Shown: piece after piece, positions 21,012-30,545 of the stretch
Position numbering within the stretch: position 1 is the stretch's first letter
How the letters are laid out: each line of letters begins with the position of its first letter
Assembly (NCBI GenBank): GCA_031414775.1
Contig: JANOQI010000043.1
Span: 1-38,279 of the forward strand
Direction of reading: 5' to 3'
DNA length: 38,279 bases
Source: Synechococcales cyanobacterium VAR_4_metabat_354
Lineage (GTDB): Bacteria; Cyanobacteriota; Cyanobacteriia; Cyanobacteriales; Chamaesiphonaceae
Notes under the pieces: generated by a model
What the model was told of the DNA's origin: nothing
The model's database searches: none
Seen by the model: only the letters and a program-made list of their open reading frames with translations
Made by a program: the position numbers and the translations under genes

Positions 21012-21608
21012 TCATGCCTGGGATTCAGCTCTAGCTCGGTTGTTGACCACCATTATCTCTAACTCGGCAGTACTAACACACCGCCGCTCCGAACAATAGG
21101 TCATGATATAAACCCCGTTGTTCGATCGCACCGTGCTGACCCGCACCCGAAAGTCATTATTAATAAACCAACAGCGTTCTTGCCCCTGGTTATTGTCATA
21201 GTCCGTATCGATCGTCAGAATCCCATCCTTACCAAACCAATAGCGGCTGACCACCGGAATCCGCTCCACATAGCCCTGATTGCGGAGCAGCCGCCCTGAT
21301 TGCCCACTAGCATCGTCTGGTAGATCCACTAGCACCGCTGCCTTGTCCGGGTCTTGCTCTTTTTTGTCTTGGTTATCCTGCCACAGAAACCCACCACCAC
21401 CGCTGGCTCTGGCCGGATCAATGCCCTGCTGCTCACACACCGCCAAAACTTGGGGATGATGAGCGGTGAGCACTTCGATCGATAGATTCGATTCCCCGGA
21501 TTGATCGGCAGTGACAGCATCAAAGTTATGTACCGTCCGCTGAGTGAACCAAGTTCCTTCACTTTTTTGAAAGAACTCCATCATGGTCTGGGGGACATCT
21601 ATATACAT
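21012..21608 (-). CDS. cpeU: S/U-type phycobiliprotein lyase
   Basis: TMMEFFQKSEGTWFTQRTVH, LLRNQGYVE, QGQERCWF, YCSERR. Confidence 0.85.
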   Translation of the reverse strand: MYIDVPQTMMEFFQKSEGTWFTQRTVHNFDAVTADQSGESNLSIEVLTAHHPQVLAVCEQQGIDPARASGGGGFLWQDNQDKKEQDPDKAAVLVDLPDDASGQSGRLLRNQGYVERIPVVSRYWFGKDGILTIDTDYDNNQGQERCWFINNDFRVRVSTVRSNNGVYIMTYCSERRCVSTAELEIMVVNNRARAESQA

Positions 21609-21648
21609 AACTAAAAATTTGAAGTTTTTATCATAATAATCCCAAAAC

Positions 21649-21679
21649 AAAAGCCCGCTCTCATTGAGAGCGGGCTTTT
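21649..21679 (-). terminator. psbA terminator
   Basis: aaaagcccgctctca-t-tgagagcgggctttt. Confidence 0.88.
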
Positions 21680-21701
21680 AAATCTTAAGTTGGTTAAAGA
21701 A

Positions 21702-22784
21702 TTAACCGTTGATGGAAGGAGCCATCAAAGCAACTGGAGTAGCTTCGCCAGCGGCCAAGTCTAGTGGGAAGTTGTGTGCATTACGTTCGTGCATTACTTC
21801 CATACCTAGGTTGGCACGGTTGATGATGTCTGCCCAAGTGTTGATGGTACGACCCTGAGTATCAACTACAGAAGAGTTGAAGTTGAAACCGTTCAGGTTG
21901 AATGCCATGGTGCTTACACCCAAAGAAGTCATCCAGATTCCGACTACTGGCCATGCACCTAACAAGAAGTGAAGTGAGCGGCTGTTGTTGAAGGAAGCGT
22001 ATTGGAAAATCAAGCGACCGAAGTAGCCGTGAGCTGCAACGATGTTGTAAGTTTCTTCTTCTTGACCGAATTTGTAGCCGTAGTTAAGTGATTCAACTTC
22101 AGTTGTTTCACGAACCAAAGAGGAAGTTACAAGTGAACCGTGCATTGCGGAGAATAATGAACCACCGAATACACCAGCTACACCGAGCATGTGGAAGGGG
22201 TGCATCAAGATGTTGTGTTCAGCTTGAAACACAATCATGAAGTTGAAGGTACCGGAGATACCCAAAGGCATACCGTCGGAGAATGAACCTTGACCGATTG
22301 GGTAGATTAAAAATACAGCAGTTGCAGCTGCTACTGGAGCAGAGTAAGCAACACAAATCCAAGGGCGCATACCTAGGCGGTAGGAAAGTTCCCACTCACG
22401 ACCCATGTAGCAGAAGATTCCGATTAAGAAGTGGAATACTACTAATTGGTAAGGACCGCCGTTGTACAACCACTCATCCATGGAAGCAGCTTCCCAGATT
22501 GGGTAGAAGTGCAAGCCAATCGCGTTGGAGGAAGGAATTACAGCACCAGAAATGATGTTGTTTCCGAACATTAGAGAACCAGCAACTGGCTCACGGATAC
22601 CATCGATGTCTACTGGAGGCGCGCCGATAAAAGCAACGATGAAGCAGATAGTAGCGGAAAGAAGGGTAGGAATCATTACGACGCCGAACCAGCCGATATA
22701 AATTCGGTTGTCGGTGGAAGTGATCCAACCACAGAAGCGATCCCAAGCATTGGGTGCCTCAGTACGTTGTAAAGTAGTTGTCAT
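21702..22784 (-). CDS. psbA: Photosystem II D1 protein, Glu130 (D1:2 / high-light type)
   Basis: 360 aa; GREWE at position 130; Y161, D170, E189, H190, H332, E333, D342 and A344 all retained. Confidence 0.99.
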   Translation of the reverse strand: MTTTLQRTEAPNAWDRFCGWITSTDNRIYIGWFGVVMIPTLLSATICFIVAFIGAPPVDIDGIREPVAGSLMFGNNIISGAVIPSSNAIGLHFYPIWEAASMDEWLYNGGPYQLVVFHFLIGIFCYMGREWELSYRLGMRPWICVAYSAPVAAATAVFLIYPIGQGSFSDGMPLGISGTFNFMIVFQAEHNILMHPFHMLGVAGVFGGSLFSAMHGSLVTSSLVRETTEVESLNYGYKFGQEEETYNIVAAHGYFGRLIFQYASFNNSRSLHFLLGAWPVVGIWMTSLGVSTMAFNLNGFNFNSSVVDTQGRTINTWADIINRANLGMEVMHERNAHNFPLDLAAGEATPVALMAPSING

Positions 22785-22846
22785 TTGTTTATGATTGCGA
22801 GTTGAGTTTGTTCCTTGTGGAACGGGATATTGAATGATATGTCCTA

Positions 22847-22875
22847 ACGATAGAGCTGATTCCAGGAATTGTAAA
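22847..22875 (-). promoter_or_regulatory. psbA promoter
   Basis: Minus strand TTTACA-17 bp-TATCGT. Confidence 0.65.
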
Positions 22876-23081
22876 GCGTTCTTAACAATTTCCTTATTAT
22901 TGCTCTCATTTGATCTTAATTTTTGACTTATTTATCCTTGAAATAAAGAAGCAGCAAGGATTTTAATCTTTGCTGCTCATCATAATTTTTTAGTTATTTC
23001 TATCTCGCGATCGATCACCTAGTCCAAAAGCAATCTTTCTCAGATGCGCTAGCCAAGTTCCACGTTGCCTAGCTCAAATTC

Positions 23082-23291
23082 TTATAAGCCAGCGATGAAG
23101 CCGACAATGCCATGACCAGTTAATACTTCCATTGCCAACAGAGACACAAAACCAATCATCGCTAGACGACCATTAACTAATTCTGCATATTTGGTAAAGC
23201 CAGCTTGCGGGCCTTCTGCCAAATACATTTTGGGTTCTAGAGCGAATACGTTTTCTCTGCCGTCACTGTCGGTAAATGTTTTGGAAGTCAT
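23082..23291 (-). CDS. hli: High-light-inducible protein (Hlip/SCP)
   Basis: [13 protein letters not shown] chlorophyll-binding motif; [10 protein letters not shown]. Confidence 0.95.
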   Translation of the reverse strand: MTSKTFTDSDGRENVFALEPKMYLAEGPQAGFTKYAELVNGRLAMIGFVSLLAMEVLTGHGIVGFIAGL

Positions 23292-23306
23292 GGGGGAAAC
23301 TCTCTG

Positions 23307-23335
23307 TTTGTAAAGCCTATGTGAACTAATGTAAC
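23307..23335 (-). promoter_or_regulatory. HLR1-like (RpaB) repeats upstream of hli
   Basis: Minus strand GTTACATT-AG-TTCACATA-GGC-TTTACAAA. Confidence 0.55.
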
Positions 23336-23463
23336 GGAAACTTTACAAAAAAGCAACATTATTCCTAAAAATCTGAGGTTCACAGCCTTAGTAAAACGCT
23401 AAAATCTTTACTGACTATGGATGTTAGCAACTGTAAACAAAATTAGTAAAATCCCCGATCGCC

Positions 23464-24249
23464 ATGCTTACCATCTCGGCTGAACTAATCGAAGACCTAC
23501 AAACGGGGAATCTCGATCGACATGATCTCTATCGTTTCGATTTGCACGGCATCGCTTTACCCAGTGCCCAGTTGCACCGCGCCAGTCTGATTGGCGTCAA
23601 CTTGAGCAACGCCCACCTAAACGGCACCGATTTCAGTGAAGCGGATCTGCGGGGTGCTAATTTCAGCGCAGCAAACCTCAGTGAAATCAACTTCACTGCC
23701 GCCTGTCTGTACCGTGTCAATCTGTCGGGAGCCAACCTTAACGGGTCTAATCTGACTGAGGCCAAGCTGCAAGGGGCACGCTACGACGCAGCGACTATTT
23801 GGCCAGAGGGCTTTGTCTACAAATCTACTGGGGCGATCGGACCGGGGGCAAATCTGAATGGTGCCACCCTAAACACTGCTAGTTTGAGATTGATCGATCT
23901 CTCCGGAGCCACGATGTTGGGTGCTTATTTAGGTGGTACTGATCTCACCGGCGCTAATTTGCAAAGAGCCAGATTGAGCCAATCAGATCTGCGGAAAGCT
24001 TATCTAACTGGAGCTTCACTACGGGGAGCCGGACTCAATGGCGCTAATGTGGCGGGGGCAGATTTTCGGGCGGCAGACTTTACCGGGGTTGAATTTGATG
24101 CGCTGGAAGACATTGCCGGAGCAGATTTTTATCAGGTACAGGGGTTGAGCGAAAAACATCGATCGTACCTTCTGAGCCAGCCAGCTACCGCCTTAGATAC
24201 CTGGAACTCTTTCACCCGGCGTACTACCGGGGAAAGTTTACAGGTTTAG
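23464..24249 (+). CDS. Pentapeptide repeat protein
   Basis: A(N/D)LxG repeats with a ARYDAATIWPEGF linker. Confidence 0.93.
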   Translation: MLTISAELIEDLQTGNLDRHDLYRFDLHGIALPSAQLHRASLIGVNLSNAHLNGTDFSEADLRGANFSAANLSEINFTAACLYRVNLSGANLNGSNLTEAKLQGARYDAATIWPEGFVYKSTGAIGPGANLNGATLNTASLRLIDLSGATMLGAYLGGTDLTGANLQRARLSQSDLRKAYLTGASLRGAGLNGANVAGADFRAADFTGVEFDALEDIAGADFYQVQGLSEKHRSYLLSQPATALDTWNSFTRRTTGESLQV

Positions 24250-24464
24250 TAGGTAGAACTGGGAATAGTCGTCCAGCCTTTCCGCATCAACGACAAAAAG
24301 GTGGAATAGCCCTGGGAAAATTCTGGGGGGTCAGGTAGAGCGTACTCTGGGAAAGACTGATAGGGTACCCACTGCTCGAAGTTGCCATGTCGCAAATGCA
24401 GTACACAATCATTCAGACCTTCTCTTTTCCAGAGCATTTGACCTTTAGCGGTGACGTTACTCAT
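24246..24464 (-). CDS. Small hypothetical protein (72 aa)
   Basis: GAGGAG RBS before MSNVTAKG; GYSTFLSLMRKGW. Confidence 0.7.
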   Translation of the reverse strand: MSNVTAKGQMLWKREGLNDCVLHLRHGNFEQWVPYQSFPEYALPDPPEFSQGYSTFLSLMRKGWTTIPSSTY

Positions 24465-24583
24465 ACAATCACTCCTCACACCAAATAAAACAACAAGTTT
24501 AGTCATTCCATTTAGATTGCCGCAGATCAACTATCGATTTCTGTAAAGATTATTACTAAATAAGCACTTTTCATGGTATTGGG

Positions 24584-25243
24584 CTATGGCAGCAAATCTT
24601 CCATAGTGGCACCAACTACCCGATGGTTATTATCTTGGCGAAGGGCGGCTAAGGCTTCCTGAGCGGCTGGTTCATCGAATTGCTTGAGAGCGTAAGCTAC
24701 TCGAATCCGGATGTAAGCATTTTCGTGGTCTTTACAGTTTAAAATTTTGGCCAGAATGTCCGATCGATAGACTGAACTAGCCAAACTCGCCAGACCACCC
24801 AAAGCATCAGCCATCACCGTCAGGTCATCACCGGCTAGTCCGATCGAACAAGCTTCATACAGTTCCTCTGGGCAATCCATATCCATCATGCCCGCCAGGA
24901 TACTGCGCCGTAGTAGCCAATGATCGTCTTTTAAAAACGATTTAAGCAAATGGGAAGCAGCCAACCGTCCAAAAAGTGACAAGGAATTAGCGGCTTCGGC
25001 CTGGACATTGGGAGTGTTATCAAACTCCAGCAGCTGCAACAGCGCCGCAAACGCTTCGGAGTTTTTTTGATAGCCTAGTTCTCGAGCTATGAATGATCGC
25101 ACTAAAAATTCTGGATCGTTCAGATATTTGCTCAAAAGAGGCACCGCCACTTCTGGGGGATACTCCCGCAGAGCCGACACAGCCTTGGTTCGATACTGAA
25201 AATCGGGGTTTTGGAGATCGGTTTCGATTTGCTGAAGATCCAT
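24584..25243 (-). CDS. nblB: NblB-like HEAT repeat protein
   Basis: AVPLL ... DPEFLVRSF ... NVQAEAANSLS ... DDHWLLRRSILA. Confidence 0.75.
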   Translation of the reverse strand: MDLQQIETDLQNPDFQYRTKAVSALREYPPEVAVPLLSKYLNDPEFLVRSFIARELGYQKNSEAFAALLQLLEFDNTPNVQAEAANSLSLFGRLAASHLLKSFLKDDHWLLRRSILAGMMDMDCPEELYEACSIGLAGDDLTVMADALGGLASLASSVYRSDILAKILNCKDHENAYIRIRVAYALKQFDEPAAQEALAALRQDNNHRVVGATMEDLLP

Positions 25244-25283
25244 GAAAAAACTGAAAACACACTTTAGTTACTGTAAATCTTTT

Positions 25284-26051
25284 ATGAAGTCTCAATGGGA
25301 ATGTGTCCTGCAAAATTTAGGAGAGTGGATAGGTTCTTTCACGCTCATCGCGGCTAATGGCGAAATCCTGGAAGATATTCCCAGCCATATCTCTTTGACT
25401 GGTATTAATGACAATCAAACGATTCATTTGGTGCTGACCCGTTTTTATCCGATCGCACCGGGTTCTACAGAGTTAACGCCAAAAGAACTGGTGATGGATT
25501 TCAGTACTCCGGGCGCTGGCGCTTTATTTTTTGAGACCGGGGCTTTTTCCGAGGGTAGTATTGATGCAAATACGCCCGGTCGGTTTGGCTCGGAGTTTTG
25601 CCTGGTGGCACCTACCAAAGATCGCCGGTTGCGCATTGTGCAGATTTTTAACGAGGCCAGCGAATTTTTGCGACTTACTTTAATTCGGGAACAGCGCCAA
25701 GGCAGCGATGCTCCCGAACGTCCGCCACTTTTGCTAGACGACTTTGTAGGTACTTGGCAGGGTCAAGCCACCATTCTGAAGCCCCAACGGGCTGAAAGTG
25801 AAACTGTGTTTATGGAAACCAGGCAAGAAGCCAGTCTGGAATTTGAACGCGATGGTTTAGCTTATCGGACTTGGCTGCTGCCGGATGGTGCCTTCTCGAC
25901 TTGTCCGGTGAGTGTTCGATCGAACACCGCCTTTTTCATGGAAATTGGTTGGCTGACTGCACCAAACCAAAGACAGCGTTTGATTCGTAAATATGATGCT
26001 GCTGGCAACTGGATTGCTTTAATGTTGGTGATGGAAACTCGAAATCTCTAA
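25284..26051 (+). CDS. DUF3598-like protein
   Basis: MKSQWECVLQNLGEWIGSFT, FFETGAFSEG, LLPDGAFS, RQRLIRKYD. Confidence 0.8.
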   Translation: MKSQWECVLQNLGEWIGSFTLIAANGEILEDIPSHISLTGINDNQTIHLVLTRFYPIAPGSTELTPKELVMDFSTPGAGALFFETGAFSEGSIDANTPGRFGSEFCLVAPTKDRRLRIVQIFNEASEFLRLTLIREQRQGSDAPERPPLLLDDFVGTWQGQATILKPQRAESETVFMETRQEASLEFERDGLAYRTWLLPDGAFSTCPVSVRSNTAFFMEIGWLTAPNQRQRLIRKYDAAGNWIALMLVMETRNL

Positions 26052-26058
26052 AACAATC

Positions 26059-26640
26059 ATGGCTCAACCCCAACTTAGCGCCGAAATCATAGCCCTGATT
26101 CAAAAAGCACGGATCGTCAGCTTTGCCACCTGGTCAGATAGCCATCCGGCTGCTGCCATCCAAGTTTTTCAAAAAGCCGATGACGATCGACTATATCTCA
26201 CCGATGCCGAACTGCAACAAATTACCGAATTAGTGCCAAACCAATCGCAGTTTACGGCGGTAGTCGCCCTGCTGCGCGACTCAGTGGTAGACATTGTGAA
26301 TGAAGCTCGCGCTGGAGTATTGCAGGCTTTTCCCGACATTATGGAACCAGGGGGTGGCTTATATCCAGCCGAGCGAGCGGATGCTTGTTGGCGCGATTTT
26401 TGGCATTTTTTGCGCTGTATTACCTATGGAATTGCTGGTCAACGAACCGACTACACCAATAGAGAAGGGCTGCACTATATGAATTTGCTCTATGAGGAAT
26501 TACAAGTGCCTTTAGAAGCCATGGTGGTGGGCTTAGAAGGGATTAAGATCGCTAGTTTAAAACGGTTGGAACCGGCTCAACAAGAATTGTTGGTAGTTTA
26601 TTTTGATAAATTGATCGATCGACTAAGAAAGTTTACATAG
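26059..26640 (+). CDS. aplA: Allophycocyanin-like phycobiliprotein
   Basis: ADDDRLYLTD, PGGGLYP, ACWRDFWHFLRCITYG. Confidence 0.8.
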   Translation: MAQPQLSAEIIALIQKARIVSFATWSDSHPAAAIQVFQKADDDRLYLTDAELQQITELVPNQSQFTAVVALLRDSVVDIVNEARAGVLQAFPDIMEPGGGLYPAERADACWRDFWHFLRCITYGIAGQRTDYTNREGLHYMNLLYEELQVPLEAMVVGLEGIKIASLKRLEPAQQELLVVYFDKLIDRLRKFT

Positions 26641-26913
26641 CGATCAATATTTCAAAAAATCACAAAAACATACATATTCACATTACTTAGCCAAAAAACA
26701 ACTCACTTTTTCTTACTGACATCTTAAAAGTCATAGCGGTATTGTACTCTTAATGGATTGGATTAAGTCGAGGTAATACTTTGAGCCATTTCCCGTAATC
26801 TCAAAATATTTTGAGAATTTTTACCCCCGGCTCCTAGTTCTCTAAGATTTTTTAAAGAGTGCAATCTGTAACGTTGTCAAATCACAAAAAAATATCATCA
26901 GGGATCTACAATC

Positions 26914-27381
26914 ATGTCTAAAAATTTATTTCTTATCGGCTTAGTAAGCATCACTTTTGCGGCCACTACTTTAACCAATTTAGCTAGCAGCAAAGCAGAT
27001 ACTGTTTCTTCTAATGGTAGTGGTACAGCTACCGGCACCACTTTTGGAGGAACTTCTGCTCAGGGTGGCACTACTGCTGCTACTGCTGGTACAAATAGTT
27101 CTTTTGCAGGTTCTGCTGCCAATGCTAGTGCCTCAAATAGTGCTGCCAGCATTACCACCGGTGGTGGTGGTAATACAGGTAATGGTCTTTCTGGTGGTGG
27201 TGGCGGCAACGCCAATATCTCAGTTGGTACCGCTGGTTCCAGTGCTGGTGCAAATGTCGGCACTACCAACAATGGTACTGGTGCTTCAACGGCTACTACT
27301 GGTGCAGGTGCTAGCCAAAGTGGTCCCTTCGGTGCTGCTAATGCTGGGATTGGCTTTGGTACTTCTGGAACTCGTCCTTAA
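26914..27381 (+). CDS. Secreted Gly/Ala/Ser/Thr-rich protein, paralog 1 (155 aa)
   Basis: Signal-peptide-like MSKNLFLIGLVSITFAA...SKA/D; gap-free alignment to paralogs 2 and 3. Confidence 0.88.
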   Translation: MSKNLFLIGLVSITFAATTLTNLASSKADTVSSNGSGTATGTTFGGTSAQGGTTAATAGTNSSFAGSAANASASNSAASITTGGGGNTGNGLSGGGGGNANISVGTAGSSAGANVGTTNNGTGASTATTGAGASQSGPFGAANAGIGFGTSGTRP

Positions 27382-27417
27382 ATATCCATAGTTTTACTGA
27401 GAAACAACTCTAGCTTG

Positions 27418-28786
27418 TTGACAATCCTCACGCCTTCAGGCGTGAGGATTCTCAGTTCTGCGACCCATCTTGCCGTCACAGGTTTGCACCAGCGACAGTA
27501 GAGGACGAATCTCCCTGAGCGTTTTCTGCGTCTAGCGCAGATGTTCCCGTGTGCCCCACGGTACCTAGTCCTTTATTTAGGATATTAATAGCGGCATTTT
27601 CGTCTCTATCTAAAACACATCCGCACTGACATACGTGCGTCCTAGTCGATAGAGACTTCTTAACAATTACGCCGCAACTAGAGCATTCTTGGGATGTGTA
27701 GGCAGGATTTACAGCTACCGTAGCTCTCCCAAACACCTTGCCAAAATACTCCAGCCAAACTCTAAATTGATACCAACTTGCATCGCTAATTGACTTAGCT
27801 AGACAGTGGTTTCTGACCATATTCTTCACGCTCAAATCTTCATAGATGACCAAATCGTTAGATTGGATTACGCACCGCGCCAATTTAATAGCATGGTCTT
27901 TACGTTGTCTACTTATTTTGAGGTGGATTTTACTTAATTTAACTCTAGCTTTTCTGCGATTACTAGAACCTTTTACTTTGCGTGAAACCAGTCTTTGCGA
28001 CCACTTCATGCTTTTTTCAGCCTTGCGATAGAAGCGAGGATTTTTGACTTGCTCACCATTAGAATCGGTATAGAAATGGTTTAGCCCCATATCTAATCCA
28101 ATCGTACTTTTGGTAGGCAAAATCACCTCTTCTCGGCCTACTGAAATGCAAAATTGGACATAGTAGCCATCCGCACGTTTAACCAGCCTCACACGCTTAA
28201 TTTGGTCGGGTTGATAGAAATTTAGGTCACGAGTACCTTTTAACTTCAATTTGCCGATGCCAATTTTATCGGTGATGGTGATTGATGTGCGATCCATAGC
28301 CAATTTCCACCCAGTCGTTTTATATTCGACCGAGCGGTTATCTTTTTGAAAGCTGGGAAAACCCTTGAGTCCAGATACTTTCTTCTTACAATTATCGTAA
28401 AACCTAGATATCGCCGCCCATGCACGTTCAGCCGCAGACTGACGAGCCATAGAATTCAAGTTGTTAGCAAACGGAAACTCAGCCGCAAGAATGGCACACT
28501 GCTTGTTCAAATCGTACTTAGAGACTTTCGGGTTTTCCATCCAAAAACGGATGCACTTATTCCGAATGAATTGGGTAGCACGAATTGCTTCGTCAATGGC
28601 TACAAACTGAGCTGTTTTTGCGTAGGTTTTAAACTCGAAGACTAACATTAGCTTTGATTAGTTATGCTGAAATTCTAGCTTAAAGCATGTTGAAATGTAA
28701 GTAATATCCTCAGCGCATACTGCTGCGACTAGCGTTTGCGCACAGACAAGTCCCCGTGAACGGGGAGGTTTTTACCCAATCTCCTG
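27418..28786 (-). mobile_element. IS200/IS605-family tnpB-only element (IS1341-like)
   Basis: Right-end hairpin aatcctcacgccttcaggcgtgaggatt with a TCAA end. Left-end hairpin tccccgtgaacgggga, with TTAT 5' of the left end on the minus strand. Removing it restores a 3' UTR collinear with that of paralog 2. Confidence 0.9.
27476..28648 (-). CDS. tnpB: RNA-guided endonuclease TnpB
   Basis: RuvC GLDMG, YEDL, DRDENAA; zinc finger CSSCG...CQCG. Confidence 0.95.
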   Translation of the reverse strand: MLVFEFKTYAKTAQFVAIDEAIRATQFIRNKCIRFWMENPKVSKYDLNKQCAILAAEFPFANNLNSMARQSAAERAWAAISRFYDNCKKKVSGLKGFPSFQKDNRSVEYKTTGWKLAMDRTSITITDKIGIGKLKLKGTRDLNFYQPDQIKRVRLVKRADGYYVQFCISVGREEVILPTKSTIGLDMGLNHFYTDSNGEQVKNPRFYRKAEKSMKWSQRLVSRKVKGSSNRRKARVKLSKIHLKISRQRKDHAIKLARCVIQSNDLVIYEDLSVKNMVRNHCLAKSISDASWYQFRVWLEYFGKVFGRATVAVNPAYTSQECSSCGVIVKKSLSTRTHVCQCGCVLDRDENAAINILNKGLGTVGHTGTSALDAENAQGDSSSTVAGANL

Positions 28787-28791
28787 ATAAT

Positions 28792-28827
28792 AAATTCGAG
28801 GATCAGCAAAATGATCCTCGAATTTTT
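28792..28827 (+). terminator. Terminator of paralog 1, displaced by the IS
   Basis: aaattcgaggatca...tgatcctcgaattttt; homologous to the hairpins at 30062-30101 and 31056-31091. Confidence 0.8.
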
Positions 28828-28890
28828 GCTGGAGTGATCGACAGATTTCTCTAAAATTAAAGGCTAGAAACTATCATCACCATTAATCCT

Positions 28891-29346
28891 GTGACTGAAA
28901 CTAACTTTGGCCGGATGCTACTATCCCACAACTTCAACATCTCCCCAGATGTATTGCCTACTCTTAGCCGTGCCGAGTTCACTGCCATATTTGCCAAAAA
29001 TCTGGGCAACCAAATTCAGTGCCAAATGTTAGATAACCCCCATTGGATTGTGGAGGTATTATTTCCTAATGATGTATTCAACCCACAGCAGGTCGGTGAA
29101 ATGTGTGCCCAAGCTTTAGCCAGTCAGCGCCAGCCCCAAGGAAAATTAGAAATCCTGATTCTGGGCGGCCTGAAAACTACACCACCTACTAGCGATTCGC
29201 CGGCTGCTTTGCAGCCTGGTGACTGGGGTGTAGATGTCGTTGAAACTAGCTCTAGTGCAGAATTTTTACGTTCGATCGATTGGAATAAAATGATTGCTGA
29301 TAAACCAGCTGAAAATATTTTTCGAGTAGAGAAATCAATTGTATGA
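28891..29346 (+). CDS. DUF2656-like protein
   Basis: GRMLLSHNF, HWIVE, LGGLKTTP, LQPGDWGVDVVET. Confidence 0.8.
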   Translation: MTETNFGRMLLSHNFNISPDVLPTLSRAEFTAIFAKNLGNQIQCQMLDNPHWIVEVLFPNDVFNPQQVGEMCAQALASQRQPQGKLEILILGGLKTTPPTSDSPAALQPGDWGVDVVETSSSAEFLRSIDWNKMIADKPAENIFRVEKSIV

Positions 29347-29555
29347 GTAGCTAGGTGGAATTAATTTTATTCAAAGACATTTCTGGAAAATCAGAGAATA
29401 ATCTGTAGTAAATATTACGAATATGCTACAAGCAAACTCCATAATATAAATGGCTATTAAAAATAAGATTTGAAGTTCTAGTCAAATTTTATTTTGATAA
29501 ATTGCCAAAGGCTTGCTGTCTAGGATGTCGTTGAATATACAGGGGAATCCATATC

Positions 29556-30023
29556 GTGTCTAAAAACTTATTTCTTCTCAGCTTAGTAAGTGTTACTTTT
29601 GCTGCCACCACTTTTTCTAACGTAGCTAGCAGCAAAGCAGATTTTGCCAGTGTCAATGGCGGTGGCGCAGCCAATGGCAGCACTCTTGGCGGCACTTCTG
29701 CTGAAGGAGGCACTATATCTACTGCCACTGGTCAAAATGGCTCTTCTGCAAGTTCTGCTTCCAGTGCTAGTGCCACACCTTATTCTGCCCACATCTCAAC
29801 CAGTGGTAATGCTAGTACTGGTAACGGCCTAGCTGCCAATGGTGGTGGTAACGCTAACATCTTTGTTAGCCCTTCCGGCTCTAATGGTTCTGCCGGTGCC
29901 GGAGCTGGAAACAATGGTAGCGGAGCTTCTACTGCTAACAGTGGTTCGGGTTCCACCCAAAATAGTTCCATTGGTACTGCCAATGGTGGTTTCAAATTTG
30001 GCACTTTTGGTACTCGTCCTTAA
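29556..30023 (+). CDS. Secreted Gly/Ala/Ser/Thr-rich protein, paralog 2 (155 aa)
   Basis: GTG start with AGGGG RBS; same leader; FGTFGTRP end. Confidence 0.88.
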   Translation: MSKNLFLLSLVSVTFAATTFSNVASSKADFASVNGGGAANGSTLGGTSAEGGTISTATGQNGSSASSASSASATPYSAHISTSGNASTGNGLAANGGGNANIFVSPSGSNGSAGAGAGNNGSGASTANSGSGSTQNSSIGTANGGFKFGTFGTRP

Positions 30024-30061
30024 GCATCTACAATTTCCCAAAAATCTAACTCTAGCTTATT

Positions 30062-30101
30062 AATAAACTCGAAGATCATTTTGCCGATCTTCGAGTTTAT
30101 T
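30062..30101 (+). terminator. Terminator of paralog 2
   Basis: aataaactcgaagatc ... gatcttcgagtttatt. Confidence 0.8.
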
Positions 30102-30545
30102 GATGGAGTATAAATGTCGTAAGAACTGGCTTTGGCGAAGAATTTTCACATCAAATTAACTGAGACAAAATAAGTACTTATAAATCCGGTAAAAATATTT
30201 TTCTGGTAGATTAATCAATTAAATAAGCAAATCCAACTATCAAATTTCCTGGCTTTCAGATGTATTTAACGCGACTTGATATTTGTTCTAATACGCTTCT
30301 GCAGAAGATTCTCAGGATTTGCATGTGATTAATATCAACTTCTTCGAGCAAGGTTTCTGGAAAAGCACTAAAGCAATTTGTAGTAATAGTCACGAACACA
30401 GAAGACGCAAACCCAACCATGCAGTTAATCACTAAATAGCTAAGATTTTAAAGTTTCAATTAAATCCTAATTTTCTGAATTAACTATCAAAAATTTGCAG
30501 TCTTTAAAATCGCTAAATAATAAAAAACACCGGGGAGTCTACATC

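Noticed and set aside
21702..22784. Rogue, chlorophyll f synthase or microaerobic D1
   Set aside because: Mn ligands and the processing site are intact; G80, F158 and T286 are retained.
21702..23291. Cyanophage or prophage origin of psbA+hli
   Set aside because: No phage structural or replication genes; pebA/pebB are present rather than pebS.
23330..23347. NtcA site upstream of hli
   Set aside because: Spacing is GTA-N10-TAC, not N8; better explained as HLR1 half-sites.
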